Shown piece after piece: positions 25,701-40,700 of a DNA stretch of 55,580 nt. This DNA comes from Girardia tigrina. Taxonomy: Eukaryota. Both the position numbers and the translations under genes were made by a program. Location of the stretch: assembly GCA_001938485.1 (NCBI GenBank), contig MQRK01254915.1:1-55580 (forward strand), read 5' to 3'. Each line of letters starts with the position of its first letter. Position 1 is the first letter of the stretch. The notes below the pieces were generated by a model. It did no database searches, was not told the origin of the DNA, and saw only the letters and a list, made by a program, of their open reading frames with translations.

Positions 25701-28700
25701 CATTTATATTTATAAAAAATATTTATATTTAATTCTCGAAATATTCTTTTTCTTTCCTTACCCAAAAGACAATCCAGATATAAATGATCAAAAAGTATAG
25801 ATTTAAAAATTCTTTTTGAAAGGTTTTCAAATTTGATATCTTTAAAATATTGTTCAAGCCTTAAATTAAATTTACGTCTGGGAAACTTGGAAACCAATTA
25901 TTAATAAATAAAGTTGTAATGGAAGGAAGAAATCGGATGTAATTTCTTCTTCCATTAACGTTATAGAATAATTGTATAAAGTGATGAATAATATTTATTA
26001 GGAACACAATAGACACCAGATTTTTAATGAATATAATTAATTGTCAAATCATTCAATGGTCATAAGAATCTTTCTGACCAAGAACTAATGAGTGTTGCCG
26101 AAATTGTCACATGGAATTTGTTGAACAAATGCTGATTTCCCTGTTTAGTCTGTTACTAAACATTTGCCTGATGAACTCACAATGCAAATAGTTTTAGGTA
26201 CCGGTAGTCTGATGGAAATTCGTCGGCGAGAGTGCCCAATGAGACGAATTTCCAGTTCCGGCTAAACCAGAAAACCCGGTAAATGGATAGTGATCTGGTT
26301 GTATACGTCACAGAAAAACAATGGGGAAATCAGCTTTTAAATTTTTCCAATGCGACAAAAATCAGCGGATTCCGACTTGTCCAGTATACTGAGGCATTGA
26401 ATAGGAACAATAAAATTATATTATTTCGGTATATGATGTCAAATCATGCTTGGTTGTTGGAAATTATCAATAAATTCTTTGACTTCTTTTTCAAAGTTGC
26501 ATGAGGAAGAATTAGAGTTGAAGTTGTCTTTGTTGTTGAAAATGTTAAGAGAAATATTATTTGGATTTTTCTCATAGGATGCATTTATAAATTATACCGA
26601 GCTTCAAATCGCTGCACTTTAGTCAGCATTATCAAAACTCTCAACGTCGTAATGGCAAATATCACGACACCGATCAAAAATTTGAATAACTGTAATTTGA
26701 TATCTGTTGTCCGTTGAGATGACGATATTTGACGGAGAATGTCGTTACCATTGTCACATGTGTTTCGTTGGATATCGCCAAAGTCTTAAAATATAAATTT
26801 CAAATATCCACAGCGATAAGTCATGTGATTATTTAATATATATTATCGAATCGATTGATAATAATATTTATTTATTTTCATATATATATATATAGTAATA
26901 GTAGCTAGGCTACTACAATAGTTTTAAAATATTTCAAAAAAAAATAAATAATTTCTTGAATTAATGTAACGTTTTTGTGAGCGCCGCATATTCGCGGGAG
27001 GCTGTTACTTATATAAAATATACAAAAGATAACGTTAAAAGTTTTATTCAATATTTTTATTAATTAAAAATTAAATTTTAACCATTTTGAGATTTAATAT
27101 ATGGATAAAACCAAGGGTGGGCTGCCAAATTTTGTACAACCGGCTTGCTTTTATTTCGAAGCATGGAACGGTAAATGAATACATTGTCTTCTCACCACTT
27201 AAAGAACCGTTTAATCATAAAAAGATTACTTGAGTAACATGCCATGAAATACAGGCTAATGATATAAAATGAGGTATTATTTTTTTCAAATGGCCAAGAA
27301 TAAATTGCATTACTATATTACTATATTTATTATTATTATAGTGTACTAAAAAACAAGGAATATAATTACTTTATCCTTGTTCAAGCTGAGAAAAACGTAA
27401 TTTTTTATCGTTTTTTGCAGATACGGTAGTTTAAATATGTACTCAATAAGAGTATATGTTATAGATACGCTTTTCCCGTCTTACAAAATGTTGCTATACA
27501 ATACTAAAACTACTATTGTGCATTAAGTAGCAAAACCATAACATTGCAGATAGACACTTTTACGGCAAGGAAAACATTGCATTCTTAGATACAATGAAAC
27601 CACTTTTGTTTTACAAAGGATTTTCATACACCTAAAAATCTCCGAAATACTGTTTTCACTAAAAACGGCTGGATTACACCAGAATGATTTGGATTCCATC
27701 CATTAAGGAAAATCTTATCATTTTACCTAATTAAGTTCGTTTGGGATTCTTTCCGCTTCCTATTTGAAGGCAGATTTAAAAGACATGTTGAAATTTGTTA
27801 AAAATAATATGGTAAATCATCCATATGGTGTACTGAGTACCTACGGCTTGCTAATGTTTTATGGAATGCATAATTTAGACAGAGATATCGTTTAATTTTA
27901 TCTATAAGTGAAATTAATTAGTGGAATTTTATTTGAATGACTAATTAATTTGATTTTAATTTATTTAATTAGATTAAGGTTATTGTTTTCTTAAAAATAA
28001 TTACTTATTTATTAATATTTTTTAATATATACTGAATAGCCAATGGCCGCAGTTGGATCCACCGCATCTTGTTCGATTTCAAAAATGAAGAGACCAACGG
28101 CCACGTTAGTACTTCTATAAGTGACCGACAGGGAATTTACTATTCAGGTCAGGTTAGGTACCAGGTGCGCATGTACTACCTGTCACATGGTCGGATTGTG
28201 TGCGACTAAAACGGATCCCTCTTAAATAGCACCATGGGTGAAGAGATTGTGTTGATGAAAAACATAGCCTGGCAATGGGTGGTTGAGCTCCTTGGAGCCA
28301 ACGGCAATCCATATCTGTAGAGGAGATAGGCATCACTGGTTTACTTGCCTACTGATACACTCAAAAGTATGCAAAAATCAAGCCACAAAAGACTTGTGCA
28401 TAATTGGGTACACACACGGCACAAATATGATCGTTTTGCAATATAATAGGGAAGATTTATCATTTTTCAATGTTTTTCGGGGTATTGAGATATCTTTAAA
28501 GATATGAATTGATCATTTACCTTTGAATTTAAACCTTTCCATGACTTGGAAACATTTCTTTTAATATTTAACTTTTTCAGTTAATGACTGAAAATATAAC
28601 GTTATTTTTTAAAGTACCCAGAATATATTTCATTTTGAACAGTAAATCTGTTTGAGTTATTTGAGATAAATAATTGATCTAAATTAAACGATTTGCTTCG

Positions 28701-31700
28701 AAAAGTAAATATATTTTAAATCATTATAAAACAAATTTTATGAGTTACAAAAATTCTCACATCTGAGACATTTGTGTATTAAATATGATACATTTACTGA
28801 TACATTAAAAAATACTTTATGTTGAAATATTTTATTAATTCTTATAATTGTATCAAAAATTAAACATTCCTAAATAATTTGAATTGTGATATATATTTAA
28901 TAAAATTTTGAAGACCAACCCACAACTTCAAGATTAAATTTGTATTCATCTGAACCCGCTCGGTTGGTGGCTATACATTTATATTCACCCTCATCTTCCG
29001 ACCTCACAGCCTTTTTGATTAATACTCCTCTGCCATTAGAGTTTGATTGTGAGTCAATGGCTCTTCCATTAAACATCCATTTGATATCCGGTTTGGGATG
29101 TGAATTGGCGATGCAGGTAAATGATATCCATCGTAATTCTTGGATCGTAATTTTTGATTTCGGTTTGTAAGTGAATTTTGGTCGAGCTGAAAATAATATT
29201 ATATATTTAATATAGTAAAAAGTAAAAAATATTTAGACAAAATATAAATCGTAAACTTACTAAAAACTGATAAATAGGTTGAAGCAGTTGATGCTTCGGC
29301 ACCAGATCTTTCCCCAATACAAATATAGTTTCCTGCATCTTCCGGCTAAATAATTTTAATTATAATTTTTGGATTTAGTTCAATTAACCTTTATATCATA
29401 AATGTATATTTCATTATCAGAATTTAATCTAAATCTATTTCCCAAAACACTTGTTAATGATTGACCTTCTTTTTTCCATGTTACAGTTGGTTTTGGTTTA
29501 CCTTCGACTCTACATGTTAAAGTAACTGAACGCCCTTCGTCCGCTGTTACGGACATTGGTAAAGAAACTTTTGGCAATACTTAAAAAATAAAAAAGTATT
29601 TACTAATAAAATGTTTCAAGCAAAATAAAACTAACGTTCAACATTAATCTGGAATGTTAGTCGATCTTCTCCAGCTGAATTCTTTGCAATACATGTAAGA
29701 GCACCTTCATCTTCATTTCTTAACAAATATTACCAATTAGATATTTTATAATTGGAGCGGAAAATTAAGATTGACCAAACATTTTACTACTTGGAAAATT
29801 TATATATAATTAAATAAAAATAAATTAAATAAGTGTAAGTAAATTAAATAAAGTTTTAAATAATTAATTAAAAAAAGTAAAAAAATAATAATTAACTAAA
29901 TGATTAATTATAAAAACGAATAAATAATTAAGAATTATAAAATGAAATAAAATAATAATTTAAATTTGGTGATTACTAATCACCAAAAGTTAAATAAAAA
30001 ATTAATCAAATCGATTTGATCACGTGATTTTCTGATTGGAAATCTCGATTCAATTTGAAATTGGGATGGTGTGTATAAATGAAATTGAGTGTGATTGATC
30101 GATGTTTGTGTAATTGTAAGTGTATGTGAGTATGAAATTGCTAATTGTGATTGGGGTGTGTGTGTGTGCCTTTTGCTTGTGTTTGTTTAATATTTTACAT
30201 TTTTTTGTGTTATAAAAAAGGAAAAAATGAATCGATTTCAATTGCAATTTGTATTTAATGTAAAAATGGGGTGATTGTGAGAAACCAAAGTTAAATAATG
30301 ATTGAATAAAAATTTAAAAAGAAAAGTGTCTTGTTTTTAAGCAGTGAAATAATTTCAAAAAAAATATATATCGTTTGATGCTGATAAAATTTTACTGGGG
30401 CTCACATTTCAATTTCAAACTGTTTGTATAAAGTATTCTCTAATGCCTATTCGATCGGCGCTAAATTTTTTTCTGTCTTTATTAGAAACCATCGTCGATG
30501 GGCCGTTAAGACACTATATTGATTCTATCAATACATTTAAATCAGAATTAATTAAAAGAAAAGCTGAAGTTACTTCTGTTTCTCGGTCTAATTCAATATT
30601 TGAAGTACGGTTTCAGCAACAATAAATATAAATTAACAAACTAAAAGTACATTTATGTATTCATGTTGCTACTAAAAATCCTATAAATTGGTCGAAATAA
30701 GTAACAATTCGACACTCAGTTGACAAAAAGGAACTTTTTATCATACCCATTTGAAAATAAAAAATTTGATGACCTGGATTTTATAATTACAGGATATGCG
30801 TTAATTGTGTTTTAAAAAAGTTTTATTTAATGCTTCCATAATAGCGTATTTTTTGAGCTTGCGTAACGGTTTCAAAAGTGTGCTTCGTCCACTTAACTGT
30901 CTCTAAATTGTCTTGTATCCGTATTAGGATCAGCATTCGTCAAAAAAAGTTTATCGAATTAGAGACTATTCAAAAGTTTTACTCAAACATTACACTTACT
31001 TTTGTAAAAAGAGATATTGTTCGTTTAGGTTAAGAGTTAGTACGAAGGCTAAATTAAATCTCAGAGAAATGTTAAATAAGTTATAGAAAATTACTTGTTG
31101 ATCAAAAAGAACCTGAAAAATCTTTAACGTAAGGAAATACTCTGTTGTCTTAGGAGCTCTAGTCACAGTGTATTCAAGAAAAATTTTATTTTACAAGAAT
31201 TGGAAAGTGTAAGTTCTTAAAGACAGAAAAGAAAAGATCGTCAAATTAGAACGCTTGACTTTTATTCAAAGCAAATATACTTCGAAAAGAAAACGTTTTA
31301 TCACCATTCCCCAAGAGATGTGTAGCTGCTACATTTAATTTTTATTCAAATTTTTGTGTTTTTTATTTACGTTTAAGAAACGTGTTCTTGATCTAATTTT
31401 AAATGATTTAGAAAATATAAGATAAACTTTGGAATAAAAATGATACAAATTAAGTATCACTTAAATTGAATAAAAGTACAAAAAAAGATATTAAATTTAC
31501 TTCACAACAAACAATATAAATTCAATTAACTTAATTCAATAAAATTGTGTAATTAATTTTTTAACTATAAATATTAAAACCTTAAAATTAAAAAAAAAAT
31601 GATTAATAAAAAAAACATTTTCTTATTTTTTTAATTTATTTTCCTTAAGATTTGCAGAAAGAAACTAATTGAAATAATTCTTTAAAACATCGAATGAATA

Positions 31701-34700
31701 ACAATTTGAATATATTTATAAATATATAAAATATTTTTTGTTCATTTTTTACAAGACATAAAAAAATTTTAAAACATTAAAATTTTATGAGTATTAAAAT
31801 AAATATGATCTACTTCAAGCTGTTAAATATAAAGAGACCAGATTCTGTTGTTGTATAATAATTTTTGACTTTTGACAATGTAACTCCGTTCCTTTCCCAT
31901 ACAATTGTTGGTGGGGGCATCCCCTCAACAATTTTACACTGCATCTGTAACACCGAGTTTAATATTCCTGTAATTTCAGTTTCCGCTGGACGAAATATCT
32001 TAGGCTGAACTAAATAATCGATAAATAATTAAATAAATTTATAGAATACTTAAAAATAAATTCAAAAATAATGGAAAATTTATATGATAGTCAATAACTT
32101 CATTCAAAAAACTAAATTTTATTGTCACAATATATTTCGGAGGATTTTCTACCATCTTCAATTGATTTTAATATAGGCGATTTAAATTTTTTATAACCTT
32201 CTGAATAAGGAATTATTGAGCGTATATCCAATATGAAAGTATCAAATACAGACTCGAATACAGGATATACTTTAATTATTCCTTATTCAGACGATTATAA
32301 ATTTAAATAGCCTATTTTTAAATCAATTGATAATAAAAATTTGAAATTAAGCATCAATTCTAAATCTTACAAAATTCAAAGTATGTTCAGCAATAAATCT
32401 CGTACTCCTTTGAGTTTATGGTTGCAACGCCACCTAGATTGGAGAGACTATTCGTCATCTCTGTAAACGGATTCAGGAGCATGGACGATTGGGTAATGGT
32501 TGTAATATTGCTGGACATGTGGAAATTTGTAGATCGGATGTGACAACAACTAATTTTCAAATATTGTGCAATAATTTTAAAAATTGTCGGGAAAGATACA
32601 TTTGTGAGGCATTATTGATTAAATCACTTACTTTATCCATTAATGTCCAAATAAGTCTCACTTCACTTTGTTGAAAATATTTAATTAGTTTTTACGCATG
32701 ATGATTACATAATCAACAATTTGATATACATATAAGACAGCGACATTGTTGTTAATTAGGTCAGACAGTGGTGGAAAATAAAATTTTGTTTTTTGAATGG
32801 CGTTATTGATTGAATATAAAATAAATTAAAATTTATATCACTTACCTAGGACATCAAGTGTCACCCGAATTTCTTGATAACCGGCATCATTATTGGCCAC
32901 ACAACGATAGACGCCTGCATGATCCTTTCTAACTCGATCTATTAAAAGACCTTGTTCAGGAAGAAAACGATATTCTCCCAAAATAGTCGATGAGATTTGA
33001 TTATTGCTGGGAGTATACCAATGGACTCTAATCGGGCGAGTTCCTTCGACCACACATGGAAGTAGGACTTGTTCACCCATACGTACCATTATGGGTTTTT
33101 TAGGAGCCTCAATTTTCGGAGCACCTATGTTACCATAAAAATTAAAATTGATAAAAATATTTTATCGAAATTTTTCAACATAATTTTACGAATAAGTATT
33201 CAATCAAAACGTTTTATTGTAATTCAAATTAGTTAATATATTTCAATAAATGAGGTTTGAAAAACAATTTTTAGTTGTACGTATTTTTGATAAACCAAAA
33301 AGTATAGTGAATGTTCAATTTAATTAAATGGTTCTTGATCGTCGTCCGTAACACGGAATTTTGACGCATTTAGTTGTATTGTCTAACAGTACATAACAAT
33401 GTCTCAAGATTACCCCATTGAAGTCAAGAACGATTATTACCTGAAAAAGCTTAACATGCCTGGAAATTTATATCAATTGGCTTTTAAGTTCCACACGTAT
33501 TTGAATTAGTTCAATTAAAGATTTAATGTGTTCTTTATTTTTAATAGTTTATTATATATGTGAAACTACATATTTATTTTTATCTATTTAATCTAAAGGA
33601 ATTTTGAGAAACATTAGTTGATTTCCAACTTCATTTATACATTCCACAATAAAAGAATCAGTACAGTTCGTAAGCATTGACGGATGGGTATCTGGATAAA
33701 AGAATAAATAATAAAAGAATTTCTGGATAGATGTAAAATTGGTCCATAGATGATAAAAATCGAAAAACAATGGTTTCAAAAGAAATAAATCAGAAATACT
33801 GAAAGACAATACAATTTTAATATTGTCAAAAATTTTAAATTCAAGAAATCAATATTAGATATTATATATAATAAATATTAATTATAAACTTATGAATCAT
33901 TTCTATAACTGCGTGATTTTCTTAAATATTACAACAATCACGTTAATTTTATTATTCAATTGTGTCTACGTAAAAAGGAATGATCCTTTACTCAAAACAT
34001 TCCTTGATACAAGGTCTTCCATTAGACTTTATTTATAATTATTATTTAAGGCCGTGTTTTTCAAACTTTATTTTACCACTCCTTTGAAAATATTTTATTA
34101 TATGACACCTTCCTTCCATTTTATAAAATAATACAAACACAAAAAATTTTATTGCAAAAACGTTTATTAATACAAATTATGGCAAACAAAAAAAGAGAAT
34201 AACAATATTTGATCATTGTCTTTTAATGAGATGGATGTACTTGTCTATTCACGCAAAGTTTATCAAATCTCTGATTTTGATGACGTAGCTACTTGTATCT
34301 CTTTTTCTACGACTAAACGAACTCGATATTTTGATTTATTTGCGGCTAATGCAGAAAATCATATTTCACATAAATATGATGTTGCGAACGGCAGAAGTGC
34401 TTAAAAGCTTTGTTTGACAAAGTATTATATTCTGTATTAATACTCAACGAATATTGAACGAGAGATACATTCTTAAATATTAGTTTCAATCAAGTTTTCT
34501 TTCTCAAAACTTGTCAATCTAAATTCATTATCTTCTTCGTTCATAAATGGATTCTGTATCTACCTATATTTTGTAAAACCAAGACCATCAAAATAATTCG
34601 AAAAGTGAATTAACAAACCATTCAAATGTTCAACAAACAGATTTTTGTTTGCTTCAATATTAACAATGAAATTATCATTCCTAAACATAATTGCATTCTC

Positions 34701-37700
34701 ATTATGTAATTCTAATTTCTTAAAAATATTGTAATTTCTTTCAGTTCAAGTATCCTTTGAATTACTTTTAAAATATTCGACAAAATGTCGTTATTTAAAC
34801 AACGATGAACTTGTCAGAAGCTAAAATTTTAATTTATAAGAAATTTCTACACCCATATAAGTTACTTTGAAATTTAAAAGAAATTAAAAAATTTAATAAT
34901 TAAATTTAGTTAAATTAGGATTTTGATACTAATAAGTTTTTCAATTGATGATATTTGATGATATTATTTGATGATATTCTTTACATTGTTCTTTAAAAAA
35001 TTAAACTTCTAAATTACCTAATATTTTGATTAGTCAGTAATTATGATGTTAATAATATTTTTTATTCTTATTTAGTATTTTAGTTATAAAACTTTAGAAA
35101 TCATTTGGAAAATTGCTCGCTGTGGTTAATATTCGCGCCTCCATAGGGAGGCACGCCTCACAGTTTTGAAAACGCTGATTAAAGGGGATTAATTTCGTGT
35201 ACAAAAGATTCTTATCATTTTTAGGTGTTGAGTTAAATCACTTTCTTTTGCCATTTTTACTCCAGAATTGAAATGGTTTATAAACTAAAAGAATAATTTT
35301 ATAGTTTAATAATAATTATAAAAAGTATTATTTACTGATTTTCATTTAAAAATGCGTCTCTTAATAATTATGAATTTCATAACTAAAAAGTATATTACTT
35401 AAAAAATGAGAATTAAGCTTGTTCTCAATGTTCAGAGAATAAATGAAACAGAAATTGTAATTAATTAAAAGGCACTGAGACTTTTATATCAATAATTAAT
35501 GCAAAATAATTGCAAATAAATTCAAGTTTTTAATTTTTGTAAAATAAATTTTTTTTACTAGTGTAAGAATATAATATAAAATATTTTTTGTATTATATTT
35601 TTAAATATTCTATCACTATTAAAATAGTAAATGATGCTGAAATAATTTCATTTTTTTGTAAAAGCTTTTATTGTTATAAAACTAATATAAAAATTAACAT
35701 TTCAAATCTTAAGAGTTTTATGTTTTGAAGGATTTTGATTTTGATTTATATTTGCTAATCTAAATTTTTCTTTAATGATTTAATTTATATATGTTTGATA
35801 ATTATTAAAATTTTTCATAATTAAATTTAATAATTAATTCTTTGTCATTTTGTTCTTTTATTATTAAAATTTATGGATGAAATTGTGTTAGTACTTCTTA
35901 AAATTCTAATGACTATTCAGTTTGTGTTTTATTAATAAATGTGTTCATGTCAGTAAATATGTTTTTACAATGACTACCTCAGTAAATTGAAAAGTATGTA
36001 CAAAGGGATGGAAAAGCTATAAAGAAGCGTTGAGGACAAAATTTTCAAAAAATATGTTCTTGTTAGCACGAAAGAATTAGTGAACCCTCGGTGTAAATCT
36101 TCAGATTCAGTGACAATATTGACTAAACAAAAACTCTCTAAGAAACTATTCAACTTATATATTCAGCATATATCGTTGAAAATTGTGAAGCCAAAAGATA
36201 AACTATATTGACAAAATATACAGACATTTTGGATGCAAAAGAAGATAACTTCTTATTTTTATGAACTACTAACACTGGAAACAGTGGAAACAATTGTGCC
36301 TTACTAAACGTTGCCGTAACTGTTTCCACTTTTTGCCAGTGTTAGTAATTCATACAAATTAGAATTTATGTGAAATGAAAAAGCAAAATCAAGGAAACAC
36401 AGCTGAAAGAATGTTTTCAGCAATACTGAGTATACATAAATATATGGGTAATAATGTATGTGATTTTATATGAGTGATTGAATACTTAATAATTATCCTT
36501 ACTTTTGAAAATAAAATTGTTGGAAAGAAATATGATGTCTTATATCTTAATTACAAAAGAAACCAAAAAACGTAAAATAAAGAATGCAGAAATGGTAAAA
36601 AAGTAAAACTTTAACATTAGATAAGAGAAATAATTTAAAAGACCAAGGATATTATTGCATATAAAAAGATAGAAAAGTATGTTATGTTAAGATTAAAGAA
36701 ACGAAGTAGTAAATCAAAAAATTATTTTTTTATATTCATTCTTTATGCTGACAGACCTCTACTTTGTCAACAAAGTTTTAATTAAAAAAAATAATCTAAA
36801 AAAACACAATAAAACAAGTTAATAAAAAGTCTAGTGACAATTTAAGCGCAATTTCCTTATGTTATTCGGTGCCCAAATATTAAAACGTTTATATCAGTAT
36901 TTGACTATGATTAATTTTTTGTGACCGAACGAAAGGATATTTTTGAAAACTTTCTTCGGCAATATTGTTCAAAATTATTGCAGGAATCGATTGGTAAATG
37001 TTTCAAGTCGCTAAGTGGTCTGGTTGCCGAGATATAGGCCAAAAACGGCATTTTTTCGAGGTTTTTTGGCTTTTCCGGGAAATCCATGAAGGAATTCCGG
37101 GATTTTTTTTGACCCACAATCATCCTCCAAACTTGCTTAACATATTTGCTTTTGGAACTAGCCCTCGATATTGCTTCGTTGAGGAGGAGATACGACTTAA
37201 AGCTGCGGACACACATCCATCCATCCATCCACACAGAAATAACCAATTAATTATCGCAATTGTCAGTATGGAAATTGCGCTACAAATAATTATACTACTT
37301 ATAATTTATAAGTAGATCTTTTTCAATTAATATTGTTTAAGAGCTCAGAATTTTCCTTTTTTACCCATTTTAGGGCCTTAAAAAGTTTTTTTTGATTTAA
37401 TTTTCAAATAATCATTTATTGTCATCGAGAATGTGCAAAGATTGAAGAAAATCGATTGAAAAATGTGAATATAAACCGTCAAGATAATTTAAAACAAACT
37501 TTACAAATTAAATCTATAATGATGTAACTACAAAAAAATTAATTTCATGACAAAATAATATTTCCTTCCTACATATTGCAGTGACGTTTTAGGTGCACCA
37601 TGTAAAATTGCATCGATTACATACTTATTTTAAGATGTTTTTGTACCTCATCAATTAAAGTCATAACTGTTATTTGTTTGTTTTAAGATAAAATGAATGA

Positions 37701-40700
37701 TTATTATACTTTCTTGTTTCTTAATTGTATAATTATATCGTACTTGGTAAAAGTACACAAGTAACTACGCATGTCTGAACTTTTCTGTAGTTTTTATGTT
37801 TGATATTCTTTAGGTGTTTTTCAAAAACAAAGTTATTTAAATAGGAAAAATCAATGAAATCAACTTACTTATGATGACTACGTCGACACTTTTTGAATCT
37901 TGGCTGACTTTATTGGTACCTGTACACGTATATCGACCACTATCCTCTTCCTTCGCATCACTTATTTCTAAAAGACCAGTTCTGAACAAAAAGTTTAATA
38001 AATATTCATAAAAACTAAAAATCAAGTTGTAAATGTGAACCTTTTATTAACATTACAATAATCGCAAAAATCACATTAATTTGAAACCCAAATTTATTGT
38101 TATTATTTCTATGTGCATAGATATGATTTTATTTAATAAAACAATTATTTATTTCCGTGTTTTAAGATTTGTATGAAGATGCATTACCTAATGAAACATG
38201 TGTACCACCAACTTAATATTAGGTTCTGATACTATTCAACTATTTGCAAGTTATATTTTTGATACCACGTAAATTGTAGACTCTACGAGCTATCCTTTCA
38301 AACCTTCAGAAGTAAAATAAAAATACCTTCTCAGACAAAATGAAACGACATATTTAAATATTTTTCTACTAATTATTGGTACTGATGATTTGTATAATTT
38401 TGTTTTAATATTTTTGAGAGATGGTAGGTTGATATGCTATCAATTACACTATCCGACATTCAAATTTAGACTATGAAAATCTAGTTAAAATTTTCAATTC
38501 GCCAAATGATTATAAAGTTCTTTAATTTAAAATTTTAACAAAAATTATATAATAACCTAAAACATAAAAAGTACATAAAATTTATAAAAATAAAAAAAGT
38601 TAAAAAGGATTTAAAAAAACAAACAAAAATTAAATAATTGTGAATAAATTTGAATCCAATTGACAGATTATTGAACAAAAAGTTTTCAAGTCAATCAAAA
38701 TTTATTAATTTCGACGGTTTAACCGTCATTGTTAGAACAAATGATTTTTCAAACGAAATTTACTTATATAGTGCAGTTAATGATTATGCAGTCAGTACGT
38801 CGTCAGTATATCATTTAAAAACTCCCAACACAGTTGTAGAGAATGCACTTTGAACGCTAATTTTAGGATTCAAAGATCTTATATATAACGCTTTACATGT
38901 CACTCTCTTCCAATAATTTTTAAATTGAGTGCACAGAATTTTAAAGTGTTGTGAATTTATATCTCCTTTACAATGTCTTCTATGTCGTGCAATGTTACTT
39001 CCACTTTCATTACGACTGTGTTCCTGGATTCTCTTACATAGATGACGCGAAGTCTCTCCAATGTATATGGAATTGCACCAATTACATGTATATTGGTAAA
39101 CGAGTGTAAAAATAATGATTCGGATAGATCAACGAATCACTATTTTTATCAAAAAAATATAATAGTCTAATAAAGGAAAAACTAGATTAACACAAAATCT
39201 ATCACGGTGATTGTATTAATCTAATTCTCGTCAATCAATTAAAATACAGAACAATAAAATTAAATTCCGAAAACAGACAAATCACTTTATTTCTTTCAAA
39301 TCATACATGTATAAACTTAGTAAATTATAACGGTAAGTAATTATATTCTTTTAAATTTGTGATCGATTAATTTTATCGATTCATTTTATTTATCTTAGCC
39401 TATTCGAAACAGTTGGAGATCTGAAGAAATTTTTCCCATTGAACCATCGGCCAACATTAATATATTTGTAAATAATTAAATGAACAAATGCGAGCTTCAT
39501 TATTTTTTAAGACTTAGAATTACCAATCGAAGATTAAATAAAATAAAAGTTGTTTGCGTAACTATAAAAATTCCTTCAATGACTCCATAAACTGCGTTAC
39601 TAATTTGAGAACGACTTTCACGATACCGAATACTTTTTTTCGTACCAATATATATGAGACTTGACATCCCGAATATTTTTAAACCCAATCGTAGATACAA
39701 ATTAACTTTTTCTCCTCTTGTGATAAAAAGTTTTAAATTACTATTTCTATCATCTTTCAAAGCTTCAAAAGTTTAATTTCGAAGTTTGAAAAGGTAAATC
39801 CAAATCGAAATTATTATAGCTGATGAAGTTAAAAACACGACATTGTAGAATACCGCTCTTGAGGTTTTGCCAGAAAATTGTCCCTTTAATTTGCTCAATT
39901 TCCTTTTCATAAAAAAAACAAACGCAACAAGATACATAACCGCACAAATAAATCATACATCACAAACAGGAAAAGCATATTCACAAAAAGAAACTGATCA
40001 AATAAGATTCTGTACATGCACAAAAGAAAGGTAATGTCAGAGTCATTCTAGTCACATGAAATAGAGATATCACAACGAGATCCGAACACAATCCTAACGG
40101 AGATTTATTGCCGAATATGCTTTCAAATTTTTTGGTAAGAGATATTACTTTTAAACTTATAGAATTATTTTAGGCTTTCAAAATAAAATTTTTAAATATT
40201 TAAACCCCTCTGAATATGGTACAGTTAACACATTCAATTTCTAAACTTTTATCATTAGTGTTGCAAGATTGCTCTTGATCTTGAACGTTTAAAATTTCAG
40301 TATTATTTTTATCAATTAATTTATCAATAGTTTCTTTTTGTTAATTTCTCCACTATCGATTTTGAATATCCGTTGTCATATAATAATTTGTTTAAGTTAT
40401 TAAGACTGTCATTACATCCTTTATATGCAGAGGAAAGAGCCCATAAGCGAAAAATAAAACCTTTATTCATATTTCGACGATATTTGAATTCACAGAAACT
40501 GTTCAGTGTTTTATACCAAATTTTTTTTGAAAATAAAATGTTAATTAAAAAAAAAATTTAATTTAAATAATTTTTACAAACGCAGTAAAATTCGATAGAT
40601 AAATTTTAATAGTGAAAGTTTTAAAATTTGTAAAATTAACAAATATAAATAAAACCTTGAATCTGTTTTCGTCCCAAGTCTGAAAATTCCTTTACCATCC

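Larger units (their letters stand above)
38690..40520 (-). mobile_element. Decayed Penelope-like element split by a 970-bp insertion
   Basis: 40520-40075 encodes [42 protein letters not shown]. It resumes at 39104 with (LV)[27 protein letters not shown]. Degenerate hammerhead at 38695-38742. Confidence 0.88.

Noticed and set aside
26050-26800. Coding-like stretch including ORF 26283-26504
   Set aside because: Could not be assigned to any family in six frames by eye.
39421-39470. ILMLADGSM read as a missing hemicentin Ig exon
   Set aside because: There are no suitable splice sites, exons 12 and 13 already join in phase, and the stretch fits the otopetrin fragment better.
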